The notes below the pieces were generated by a model that did no database searches, had not been told where the DNA came from, and saw only the letters and a program-made list of their open reading frames with translations. Position numbers and translations under genes: made by a program. This document shows, piece after piece, positions 1 through 11,018 of a stretch of 37,160 nucleotides of DNA (positions within the stretch are counted from its first letter, which is position 1; each line of letters starts with the position of its first letter). Source of the stretch: Gonapodya sp. JEL0774 (taxonomy: Eukaryota); the NCBI GenBank assembly GCA_027604505.1, contig JADIIX010000082.1, forward strand, positions 62,001 to 99,160, in the 5' to 3' direction.

Positions 1-1790
1 AAACGCAAGGAGAACATTCTCTTCGTTGGGGCGAGCGCGATGGAGACGGACACGGGCGGTAACGACCTCCTTGGCGAAGTTGAACCTGCGAGGAGAGACA
101 AGAAGACAGTGGCCAGTCGCAGAAAACCGGATCCGATGGTGAGTCAGAGATGTGGTCGCATCATTTTGGCCCACGATCGCCCACCTGTCCATGTCCAAGG
201 GACAATCAAATGCCCTACTCTCCACAATCCTTTTCAACCAGTCAAATGGCAGCTCCGCAAACACGCCGACAAGCTCCCGATACGCTTCGCCCTGAGTACC
301 CTCTTCCCACACCCCAAGCGAAGATCCAACTCTCTCCTTGGCCTCTTTAGCAGCATCCCTGCACAGATACTGAGTCACGGAATCGCGTAATTCACGGGCC
401 CAAGGACCATATCCCCTCGCCGCGTCACTCGTCACGAATGCACAGTAGTCCGTGACACTGTCGCGGTGGATATCGGATTTGCAGAGCTCAGCGGCATGGG
501 AGGCGAGGTCAGGGAGATGGAGGAGGCATGCAGATGCGAGGGCGGATCGGAGGAGGGCGGAGCGCCGGCGGGTGTCGGGGTGAGGAGCGGCGAGGAGTGG
601 GAGGGAGTAGGAGCCGTAAAGGTGAGCAAGTGCAAGGTGGAGGCCTTCTTGGGTGATGTGGGGATCCACCACTTGGGCTACAATGTCGAGTGGCGCCGGT
701 TCATACCTTTCGTCGAGGAATTGGTGAGACGGTGGTCCAGTTCAAGCGTCCGCGTCAAAGAAGAGTCTTGCAACCTCTTCAATTGACGCAAGTCCACTCA
801 CTGGTTCTGACTCAGCACCTGGGCAATGTACGGGCTCTGGGCAACCACTATCCTGTGAAGGCGGAATGCCGTATCTTGCGACACCTGGGGACCCTGAAAG
901 CGGAGGACAAGATCGGAAAAATGACCTGAAGGGTGATACCAGGGTTATCATCGATGGAGGGACAGGTGGCAATTGAGTATTGTTAGAGTTTAGAAAGCAT
1001 ATCAAAGCGTTGAAACTCTGGGATCTCAACGTGTTAGCTCAGCCTTCCTATGACCCTGACTCCCCACGCACTTCGTCCACTGATTGATCCCCCTCCCGAT
1101 GAATGCTAGATGTTTCTGTTCCCGATCTCTCGCCATCGCTACTCTCGCCATTTCCCTTCAACGGTGAACTTCTTTACTCACCACCCACAAAACCGACATT
1201 ATAAAGATGATGGCAAATCAACTCGTGGTGCGTCGGTTGTATTGGCGGCATCTGGTGCATACCCTGTCCACCTGGGGAGGAAGGCGAAGCAGACGGTGGC
1301 CGAATAACCATCCCACCGTGGGCGGCGAGAGGGGGTGGCATAGAAGTGTGGTCCGGATTAGGAAGGAGGGCAGGTGAAGAAGCGGCTTTGGACGTACGGC
1401 AGGTTAAATCGGGGTTAGTATCCCAAAAGAGAAACTGAAAGATTCAAAGCTATACTGGGATAGTGTCATGCTGCGAACGAAGTCACTGGATGTTCGCGTT
1501 CGATCAAACCGCTCCAGAAAACCCATTCCCCTCATCGAGACGATACTCCCAAGATAAGTTCCTTGACATTTGATGACCATCCACAAACCCATTCTCCTCA
1601 TCATGAAGTTATACAACTTCCTGCAAGTCATCCCAGCAGACTCACCGGCTTGGTCCCCAAAGCTGACTCCCCCGTTAATACCCAGTCCTGCGAACTTGTG
1701 GGCAAGGGCGCTCGGATGCTGTATGTGCTGTGCTCCGTTCTGAGTAGCGATTCCGTTTGGGTGGGCGGTTTCAGATTGGAACGACATCAT
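1..1790 (-). CDS. BTB/POZ domain protein (fungal type), multi-exon, 3' end beyond window start
   Basis: Spliced translation: MMSFQSETAHP...HHELICHHLYNVGFVGG|HFSDLVLRFQGPQVSQDTAFRLHRIVVAQSPYIAQVL (BTB SD...F.LH..VL..SPY pattern)...DPHITQEGLHLALAHLYG...LASACLLHL...FAELPFDWLKRIVES...DMDR|FNFAKEVV...EENVLLAF. GT-AG introns, e.g. 86..184. Confidence 0.8.
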
Positions 1791-2617
1791 TGGTGACTTT
1801 CAGAGTGTGACAAGAAAGGGGGAATCGGGGACAGAGATATGGAAGATGAACGGAAACACCGCTAAAGGTCACGGTAGAGTCAGTCACAGGAGAAGGAGCG
1901 TTGAAAATTTGGAAATCCAAATAGATTGAAGGTTCCGCTTCCCATGACGCCCGATTTCGTCCCCCAGTCCCGCAGAGAGATTCGACGCCAAAGAGGGGAA
2001 CAGTACAGGAGATCCAACGATAGAAACTAAGCAGCTGACTCCAACATCCACGGAGACGCCAACAGCGCGAAAGGCGGCAGAGTGAGGAGAGCGGCAGGTG
2101 GGACTTCGTTTGACAAGGGGCCGCTGAACGTGAAACACGCCCCAAAGGAAACGGTTGATCCTCGGGGGTCGCCACGTCCGAGTCGTTAAATTTGTCGCTC
2201 CTCGCTTGTCTACCAACCTTGTTCGAGTAGGGACGATTGTTAAGATTCTTGGGACGATGGGACAAGAAGAAATGGCAGACAAGTGCCGGATCAAAGCACA
2301 ACCACGCATATCAGACAACTCGGCATCCTTGCAACCGATTTCCCTCCAAGGCGTTCTGCAGAACAATGGAACTTAACTGGTTGCTGGTGATGGACAGTTT
2401 ACTAACCTGCGGTACCAGAGCAACGCAGGCGGTTGAAATTGCAACTATGCAACTTCCCGCTCAAACTTATGCAATGAGAGTTGTTATCGAAAATAAAAAC
2501 ATACTTGGAGGGATGATAATTTGTGTGGTGATCATGACGTATGCAGTACAGCCGTGTGATGTGTCCCCCACTGACCCAGACACCAACTGTTATCACAGCA
2601 CGCAAATCCTCTCATAA

Positions 2618-3604
2618 ATGTTGCGCGTGAGCTCGCTTCGTAGTGTGTTTCAATTAGCTTTGGCGAGGAGGGCAATGTCTGCGAGTCCGGTAAGACCCAA
2701 GACTTGTTGAATGAAATGACACCTATTCAATATGAGCCATGATTGAACAGCTTTACACTGCCGAAGCCACCGCAACGGGAGTGAGTTTTTGACGATTGCA
2801 TCTATCCCGCTCCGCGTTACATATCAGCGTTGAATGTTTATCTGTTCTCTTTGTATTTCGTGTCTTCAAGGCCCGGTGAGTTGCTTCTGTCGTGTCGACA
2901 TCTCCTCAATAAATTGATGTTAGGACTTATTCTTAGCAACGGCGAGGTTCGCTCTTCTGATGGAATTCTCCAACTGAAACTGTCGTGGGTATGCCAGGTG
3001 TCAGGGTGTCAGTGACAAGGTCATTGTACTTTCGTTGAGACATTGCACACACCTCTTCGCAGAGTCCCAAAATCAATGGGCGGACCGGGAAAGGCCTTGA
3101 CGAACCCGGAGCAACTGTTCGCCGCAGGGTCAGTGATTGGAATCGATTATTTGACTGAATGCCCCACAACTCTTATTTGACCGGACACGGCGGTAGGTAC
3201 TCAGCATGCTTTCAAGGAGCTATGGGAGCCGCTGTCGCTCAGCTCAAATATCCAAAGTGAGTGTCTCGCTTTTTACTGAGTAGAGTTTGCGAAACTGGTG
3301 CAACCACTCATTCCCACCAAAGGCTTCCTGAGTCATCCACGGTCAACGCCAAAGTTCACATCTCCAAAGGCGAGGGCGGATTTGATCTTGCCGTTGATTT
3401 TGTTGTAGAAGCGCCCGGTTATGACAGGGAGCAGTTGAAGAAGGTTGTCGATGTTGCGCACGGTAGGTTTGCTACTTTCCAGTGCGCGGGGAGCGCAATT
3501 CTTTCTTTTCTTTTGTCATATATCGTACTTGTTCTCGTGAAGGAATCTGCCCCTACTCTCGCGCAACAAAGGGTAACATTCCTGTTAACACGGTGGTGCA
3601 GTGA
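2618..3604 (+). CDS. ohr: Organic hydroperoxide resistance protein (Ohr/OsmC family thiol peroxidase) with N-terminal mitochondrial presequence; 8 exons
   Basis: Exons include 2618-2689, 2751-2780, 2871-2875 and one starting at 2937. Protein: MLRVSSLRSVFQLALARRAMSASPLYTAEATATGARNGEVRSSDGILQLKLSVPKSMGGPGKALTNPEQLFAAGYSACFQGAM...VAHGICPYSRATKGNIPVNTVVQ*. The NPEQLFAAGYSACF and CPYSRATxGN motifs are diagnostic for Ohr. Confidence 0.95.
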
Positions 3605-3998
3605 ACACTGACTGCTACGACGTCCAGGGTGTTTCTCTTGTGATAGAAATTTTTTTGCGTGAATGAATTGCGCTAGCCACCATACGTCAATTGGGATTCT
3701 TTACTTCGCTTGGGAACTGTTCACATCACACATCTTCTGAGCACATTTACTCATCCCGTTTAGCCTGCTTACGAGTTCAATGGTCGCGCTACACACTGAG
3801 CTTGAAGCACATTTTTGATGTTTTGTATTTCTTTTGAGCCTTTCGCGCACTGGTCGCTTCTTATTGGGGTTGTTGCACAACAGGACTTGATGTAAACTGC
3901 CCTGGTGTCAACTTCTCACGTTCTCCTGTGCCTACACCACTACTGAGTGTCCAGGTTGTATTTTATTGGTGAATGGCTCCATCGCCTTCTACTTTCTT

Positions 3999-6251
3999 TT
4001 ATTGAGCGTTGGAACTCAGATGTATCCTTCTTGCAACAACTTCGACATTCATACACCCAATCCGACTTTCTTCCACACCATAGCGGTCCTCTGACACCCC
4101 GCACACCCTCTGCACATCAATATCAACCTGATCCAATCGCCCATTCGCGTTGGACGCTACAACCCGCACGTCAACGTGCACATCATACTTATCTACGCGT
4201 AGTACAAGAGTGTCCGACTGAGAGTTGTTACTATCATCTCCTGACGTCTCAACGAGACGTTTGTTGTCCGGAGCCTTTGCAGGTTTATGCATCACAGAAA
4301 AAGGCAGAGTGAAACTCTTTTCACACACTGTCCGCGCACCTGTGTTCTTGCCAATGGAAGGAATCACTGCTTGTAGGATCGTTCCGTCGGTAGAAGACTC
4401 GTTCGAGCTTATTGTTGCGTAGTGTTCTTTCCTTTCTGAGTTCATCATATCAGTTACCCCAAGCTCACTTGCTTGAACCCAGTCTCGCATTGCCTTCAAG
4501 CCCCGCGCTACGACGTCTGCGGGAGGGTATATCCACAATGATTGTCGTACATCGAACTCCCTGCCCTCCATCGCTGCCGTGTCCCGTTTGATAAATCTGC
4601 CCTGCCCTCGATTCACCTCCCCATCATCTAGTTCAAGCACAAGGGTCTCCAGCATCGGAAGAGAGAATACTGAGCGGTCGATTGACGTGATACTGTTCCC
4701 TGAAAGATCCAACATCACAAGGGGAGGGGCTGCAGTTCCTGCACCGAAGACGGGACAGTGGGTAAGTTTGTTGTTACCAAGGTCAAGACGTTCTAGTCGC
4801 TTGAAGCCTTCTCCTGTTACGGCAAACAAATCTGGTTCAATCGACGACAGGAGGTTCCCTGTCAGATCCAATGTCTCCAATGAGCCCATGCCTTTCCAAT
4901 TTTCTGATGAGGGAAGCTGGGTAATATGATTTCGTGCCAAGAGGAGAGAACGCAGTCCGGGGCAGTTGAGAAGAAACTCTGCTGGCAGATCCCGAATCAC
5001 GTTGCCAGAGAGATCTATGACTGATAACGCCAAAAATCGCACTCTTTTGCCAGTCAAGGACGCGGGTATTGACGCCAACAGATTACATGCCAGGTTGAGA
5101 CGTTCCAACCGTGTCAGCGACGCAAGGGACTCTGCAGGCACACCGGCATCATCGAGCTCGTTTTTCCACAAAAGTAGCTCACGGAGATTTTTGCACATGT
5201 GAAGATCGGGGGGCAGACTGGACAATCGATTGGAGCGTAGGTCGAGTTTACCTAAGTTCGGAAAGTGCTGGAGTAGGGTCAGTGTGGGTGAAGGTTTCAC
5301 GTGAGCATCAGATCCATGGTCGACTGAAGCTTGTGAGGTGGAGCGTGACGAGGATGAGTAAGATGTCGGCGAGGACGACTTGGTGGTGGCGCAAGAGGAT
5401 GGGTCTTCAGGTCGCTGTCGATGTCGGTGTTGACTCCGAGAAATGAAGTCCGCTCCTGTGAGTGTCGGACCGAGTTTGTTGAACGAGAGATTCAATGTTT
5501 CCAGGTTCGTGAACACGGAGAACATGGAGAAGGGCAAATCTCCGGTGCCGAGCAGGTTATTTGACAAGTACATCGCCGTAACTGCCATTGGATCGTGCGA
5601 ACCCTGCTTTCCTGACACTGAAGCATACGCAGCAAGTTTGCTCTTCAGCAAGTGAAGTGATTTACCATATGAAAAGTCGAGGAACCTTGGACCCGCGGCA
5701 GAACGATGAGAAACTAAATTGGCAGAAGGATACCGACGGTGGAAGGAGGAGGCGCCTCCCTTGTTCGAGGAGTCATCAGAAAGAGGCGCTTTCGAGGACC
5801 AAATTTTAGCTTTGAAAGGTAGCGCTGGAAGATCCTGGGAAGCAAGATTGGGTTTCCCCCGTGACGGATGGTGTATGACTGTATCAATGCCATGGGACGC
5901 AAAGACGGAAGCGCGAACAGTGTGAGATCCGTCAATTGATCCAGGTACGTCACTCGGGACGGGAGCAGAGTTGACATCATCTTCGTCCCAAGATGCATCC
6001 AGATTGAGAGGGCCATTCTCCAGCCGATGCAGGGCAAAAGACATTCCATCAGCCAGCGATGACGTCCTTCTTTGGGTTTGGTGGACGACAGATTCTTTCG
6101 CAACGCCTCCAGAAGAAGGGTTTGATGTTGTGTCATGGGGATTTTCATCTTCGTCCGCAAAAACGAGTTCGTCTGGCGCATCAGAGACAGAGTGCAGCAC
6201 CAGCGGCTTCTCTTCTTGGCCTTTGCGATCAAGAAGATGGCCTGGATTCAT
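3999..6251 (-). CDS. Leucine-rich repeat protein (750 aa, apparently intronless)
   Basis: Single long ORF with many LxxLxLxxNxL repeats (LETLNLSFNKL, LGKLDLRSNRL, LRELLLWKNEL, LERLNLACNLL, LETLDLTGNLL, LERLDLGNNKL) and a PPADVVARGLKAMRDW cap. An in-frame stop lies 4 codons upstream of the ATG. Confidence 0.88.
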   Translation of the reverse strand: MNPGHLLDRKGQEEKPLVLHSVSDAPDELVFADEDENPHDTTSNPSSGGVAKESVVHQTQRRTSSLADGMSFALHRLENGPLNLDASWDEDDVNSAPVPSDVPGSIDGSHTVRASVFASHGIDTVIHHPSRGKPNLASQDLPALPFKAKIWSSKAPLSDDSSNKGGASSFHRRYPSANLVSHRSAAGPRFLDFSYGKSLHLLKSKLAAYASVSGKQGSHDPMAVTAMYLSNNLLGTGDLPFSMFSVFTNLETLNLSFNKLGPTLTGADFISRSQHRHRQRPEDPSSCATTKSSSPTSYSSSSRSTSQASVDHGSDAHVKPSPTLTLLQHFPNLGKLDLRSNRLSSLPPDLHMCKNLRELLLWKNELDDAGVPAESLASLTRLERLNLACNLLASIPASLTGKRVRFLALSVIDLSGNVIRDLPAEFLLNCPGLRSLLLARNHITQLPSSENWKGMGSLETLDLTGNLLSSIEPDLFAVTGEGFKRLERLDLGNNKLTHCPVFGAGTAAPPLVMLDLSGNSITSIDRSVFSLPMLETLVLELDDGEVNRGQGRFIKRDTAAMEGREFDVRQSLWIYPPADVVARGLKAMRDWVQASELGVTDMMNSERKEHYATISSNESSTDGTILQAVIPSIGKNTGARTVCEKSFTLPFSVMHKPAKAPDNKRLVETSGDDSNNSQSDTLVLRVDKYDVHVDVRVVASNANGRLDQVDIDVQRVCGVSEDRYGVEESRIGCMNVEVVARRIHLSSNAQ

Positions 6252-6431
6252 TGTGAAAGCTCAGAATAGTAGAGGTTGTACATCTGGTGGTTTGTTCAGT
6301 CAAGTCGAATCGCACCAACTTACTTACTGGGGTCAAAAATACAGACAATACGGCGAGATCATGCTATTTAACGCGAGCCAATGCTTACAAGATGAGAGTA
6401 GAATCGAGCACGTCGCTTGTGATGTCTCCAC

Positions 6432-9400
6432 TCAGAAACCATTGTCCGCACCTCGCTCCTTCTCCGTCCTTTCCACCCATCGAAGCACATCCTTCTTCGT
6501 AACTACACCCACTAAGTGTCCCCTGTGCTCCACCATAACAATACGAGCGCCAACCTTTCGGAAAAGATCAGCGCAAGTGTCAATCGAGGTGTCTGGGGCC
6601 AGCGTTATGGGCGCCGTGTCGACGAATTGTCTCAATGACAGAATGCGTCCGACCTGCGGTAAGATGGAGCGATGCGGGGAGGTCGACCGCCCAGCTCTGA
6701 AGTGAGGATCGGGAGAGTCTGGTGGACGCTCCTGCTCTCTGGGACTCTCAGGATGGATCTCCGGGTCCACTATCGTCTCCGCCATCAAGCTTGAAGAAGA
6801 CAGACTATTTGGCAAGGGTCCAAAATTTGCGCGATTCTCTGGAGAGTTTACTCTACTGCTGATTCTCTCCGATGCCAGAGTATTCATTTCGACATCTCCA
6901 TGAGAACTCATGTTCAACACGGCGGGGCTTACTGCGGGGTTCGACATGCTGTCTGTCTCCGGATTAAAATGCGTTCGATGATCCCAGCTGTCCCAACCGC
7001 CGGCCGAATTTCCGAGCCTTGGTCCACTCCCACTGTCTCCTCTATGTCTTCTGTGACTCTTGCCGGAGTCATCCTCCCAAAACAGCACTTGCGTATCGTG
7101 CTCGAGGCTTAACCCTCCTTTGCGTGCATTTGCCACACCATGGAGAATGTCTGTTTTATAAATGAAACCGATCAGCTCCATTTGTGCGGTATTACTTGAA
7201 GTGGGTGGTGATGTCCCTTCTGAGTGTCTCATGGGTCTCCTTGTAACGACAGGAAATCCGCGTACGGCGTCTCTTCCTCCTCTTCCGCTATCCATAATCC
7301 CTTGCACATCCTTCCATGTCAATCCGCTGGCATCCATGACGAGAAGTTCACTTGCAGGCTTCATCAGCTCCCTCACTTTGCCACCAAAAACCTCGTCCCG
7401 TTTGTGGTCGAGGTATGGATAGCCACGGATGCGAACGACAGCATCTGAGAGTCCAAGAGGAGAGTTCAGTGTTAGAGTCGCGACAGACTTTGCAACGGTG
7501 AGCACGACCATCGTGGGGACGATAAGAGAGAGTTGACCCGTGAGCTATCAAACCGAAAGCGACGTGCTAAGCCAGAGAGCGCACTACAGTGGGGCCACGA
7601 TGTCTCACCTCAAACATGATCACAGTCAAGCTCAACGTGAGTCTTGAGCTCCCACCCAGGAAAGCTTCAGGAGCAAAAGGAGAGGTTGGAAAATGTGGGT
7701 TCACATGCACAAGAATATGATAAATTACCCATCGCTCCCAGTAGTGCGTAGGTGCCGGGTGTCACGCAAACACCCTCACCACAGCCAGCCCAAAACGCCG
7801 ACTCAGAAGTCCATCCTCGAAGTCCCTCCACAGCAATTCCCACCATCCGACCAAAACATGCACCAACTGCCAAGCAAGGGACGTAAACGCCGCCGGGTAT
7901 CATGACACCGAATGCAACAACCGTCGCGAAAGTTTTGAGCACGACGGCAAGGACGAGGAGGACTGCAGCACGAGTCTGACGTTCTGAGTCGCACAAACTG
8001 CTCAGATTCTTGTCATCCGGAAGGTCGGGGCATTCCCTCACGAGCAAATCAAGCAAGGTGAGGTTGTCGATTCGGGTTAGGTCGAAGGCCCAACCGAGGC
8101 CCACAGTACAAGCAGCGATTGTGGCAGCCTCCGCGGCATGTCGAACATGGTAGCGAATGCGAGTGGTGTCAAATCGAGATGATAAAGGTCGGAGCATTAC
8201 CTGAAGGAACTGATCGAAAGACGCGGGGGCAGGATCCACACTGAACAGAGCCAGGTCGTCGTCTGTAATCATTCCCGTGGACATTCGCGGGCGATTCGAG
8301 GACGACGGCTGGGATGATTCTGACGCTCGGGTGGATACATTGTCCGGCGCAGTAACACTCGATGCGATGGGAATGCCGAGGCCACCAAACCAACCCTGTT
8401 GAGACAGGAAATCCCCACCAGCATCCCGCCATGCCTGCATCCGGACGCACATGTGATTGAAAAAGCCCCCAAACAGACCCTGCAATGAAAGCGAATGGAA
8501 TTTGATGGCAAAGAGCAGCGTAGGGAATCAACAACCTAACACTGACCCCGAAAACACCGATAGTCACAAAAAACAACAGTTCGAAAGGCAACCATGGTCG
8601 GTCAAACTCGTAGTCAATGAGAGCTATCTTGCCTGTCCGAAAGGGGTCCAGAAGCTTTCGTTGGAGAAACTGTTAACGCTTGATGATACACCTTTCGAGT
8701 TTGTTCCTTCCTCACTTTTACGAACGCCGCACCCACTGCAGCGCAGAAGAAGCTCCTCCACATGGTATCAGATGTGAAGAATGTGGAACACTCTTCGAGA
8801 GAAAAGAGCACCCCACCGAGAGGTGCTCCGAATGCGACCGATATCCCGGCCGCAACTGACGAATTGTATTGGAGTCACAAAAGTCACAACCAATACTTGC
8901 TCCACACGAACTTGAACATGAAACTCACCACCTGCACTCACAACCTCTCTTCTCTCTCCCTCTCCGCCCCAACCCATTGCAGCACACACACCCCACCCCA
9001 CACATGCGGCGACATGCACCATGCCTTCCTCCTTTCCCACCATCATACCAGAAGCTACAGCCAAAGGCATGGCAGCCAGCTTCACAAGGAGAGTGATGGG
9101 CGAGAGAAATGGGTGGATGACGAAGCCGGAGAGGACGGTTTTCAGCTCTGCGAGACCGGACGAGGAGGAGAAGGGGCTCAGGACGGTGGTGAGGATGGAG
9201 GAAAGGGAGGCCATGACAATCTTTTGGAGTCACGGATGTGAATATGGGGAGTAAGGCGTCGATTTTTTTTTGGTGCTGAACGCGATACCTCACCGCCATA
9301 ATAATTGCCCCGACCCAATTGAGTGGCGCGACTCTTGGAAGTGAAACGAACGAGTGAGACCAATCTTGCCAGGGTGGGCAGAAAGAAGGGTCGTCTGGCA

Positions 9401-10697
9401 CGTCTTTCCAAAACGTTAACTTGAACAACGTATATAAAATGGCACAACGAAGTCTCACCCCAGCCTTCGCAGCATCTCCTCCTCGGAAGCCACCAGCTCC
9501 CTTCACAATAACCTTCCTTCAAATCTCCAGCCCAATCTGCAGCCAAGGTCACAAACGTCTCCAGAAATCCCATCGATGCGCCCAAGATGGCTACAATGAG
9601 CCACGGCTGAACTGCTCGCCAGGCATCAAGGACCTTTGGACGGGAAAGAAAATCGCGTATCGATGCCACTGTGGGGAGAAGTGGACCAGGAATGTGACGG
9701 AAACGGCTCGCTGCAGCCCTGAGCGCTGTCCTCGCGACACTGTTTCGTGGTGATGCGGAAGGAGTCTGCTCGCGGTTCCGTCGACGCACTTGCCCACCAC
9801 GACGCAGAGTTCGCGTCCAGTCAATCGTCTCAAAGTCTTTGTACGAGGTTGGATTTGATGCTGAGGCCGAGTCGGAATCGCCACCTGATTCAGAGTCCGA
9901 GTCTGAGAGGGCAGTATGAGGTATTGGGAGAGGGGGGTGGTGAGTGTCCTCAGGCGAAGATGACCGTAGCGGAATGGTGAAAGTGGCATTAGCAAGTCCA
10001 CTCGGGTGATCTGAGGAGACGCGGTGATGGCCCCACAAGGTGCAGCAGGCCGATTGTGACACCATTTCCCTTTGAAGTGGGCACTCAAGAAGAAAGACAC
10101 ACCAGAATGCTCATGACTTCCAATCCAATCGCCTGTTCCTTGTGGCTGTTCCTTTCCAGAGCCCCTAACTGGATTAGCTGGGCTTTGCGAGAGGAGCGGT
10201 GAGACTTTCCGACTACTTCTGAGCAAACTCTCTGGCGAGGGAGCCTCAGGAGAGTTGGAAGAGTTCACCAACATGCCCTCAAAAGAAGATTGCTGGAAAT
10301 GATCTTCCATTCCCGAAACTCCAACAGTATCGGCATGGGCGAGAGTTGCAGTTAACCTCGAGCCTTCCGATGATGTTCCCCGCGATCCAAAGTCTCCTGA
10401 GGTTCCGTATCGAGGGCCTCCAGAAAAGGAAATCCCCAATTCAGATGGGGACGTCCGCTCACGGCTTGGTACGCTTGATGGGGTGGTAATGTATCCAAAA
10501 GCTGGCACCTCGTTGCTGAAAGCCCCGCTTCCATCTGGAGGTGATGCATCTGTTGAAGGGGCAGACCACATTACGTGCCCATGAATCGTCGTGCTTCGAT
10601 TAAAGCAATCTAGTGTGTGCGAAGATTCAAAATCGAAAGCAGGGTTGGGTGGAAAGAAGCCGGTCCAGTTTCCTACCGTTATTTCAGCCGGCCCCAT
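6432..10697 (-). CDS. CLC family chloride channel / Cl-/H+ antiporter with C-terminal CBS pair (ClC-3/Gef1-like), multi-exon
   Basis: [16 protein letters not shown]...[98 protein letters not shown] motifs VRGFPVV and [11 protein letters not shown]. Confidence 0.93.
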
Positions 10698-11018
10698 CAA
10701 TAATTTTGGCTAAGCCAGCAAAACCAAAATCACATGGATCAAGCGAAAAACATCCACGTAAATTCACTGAAAACTGATGAATTTTTTTGGCGTAGGGCCT
10801 CTCCAACTACCTTTTGTGACTCAAACAATCGACAAACTTTTTTGGGAGGTCCGGCAAACCGGCTGAAGAATAATAAGGCACACGGCTGACACACCGCATT
10901 TCAAACGTGTTCGCAAATCAGATGCTCTGTGCAGCCATCACCCGACCCATATTCGTGCCGCCAGCAGAAGTTGCCGATTGCTCTATTCCAGCTCCCTTGT
11001 CTCAAGAGCGTTCATAAG

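Noticed and set aside
1800..2600. Several 120-180 aa ORFs between the BTB and Ohr genes
   Set aside because: They overlap on both strands and have no motifs. The region is best explained as UTR and divergent promoter.
5971..6705. 244-aa plus-strand ORF and similar long antisense ORFs (e.g. 11983-12582, 18314-18943, 25628-26236, 30815-31471)
   Set aside because: These are shadows of real genes on the opposite strand in GC-rich coding DNA, with no motifs.
9591..10100. Apparent frameshift between the 369-aa and 295-aa ORFs of the CLC gene
   Set aside because: Resolved by a GTGTGT..CTCAG intron that gives HEHSD-HPSG in frame.
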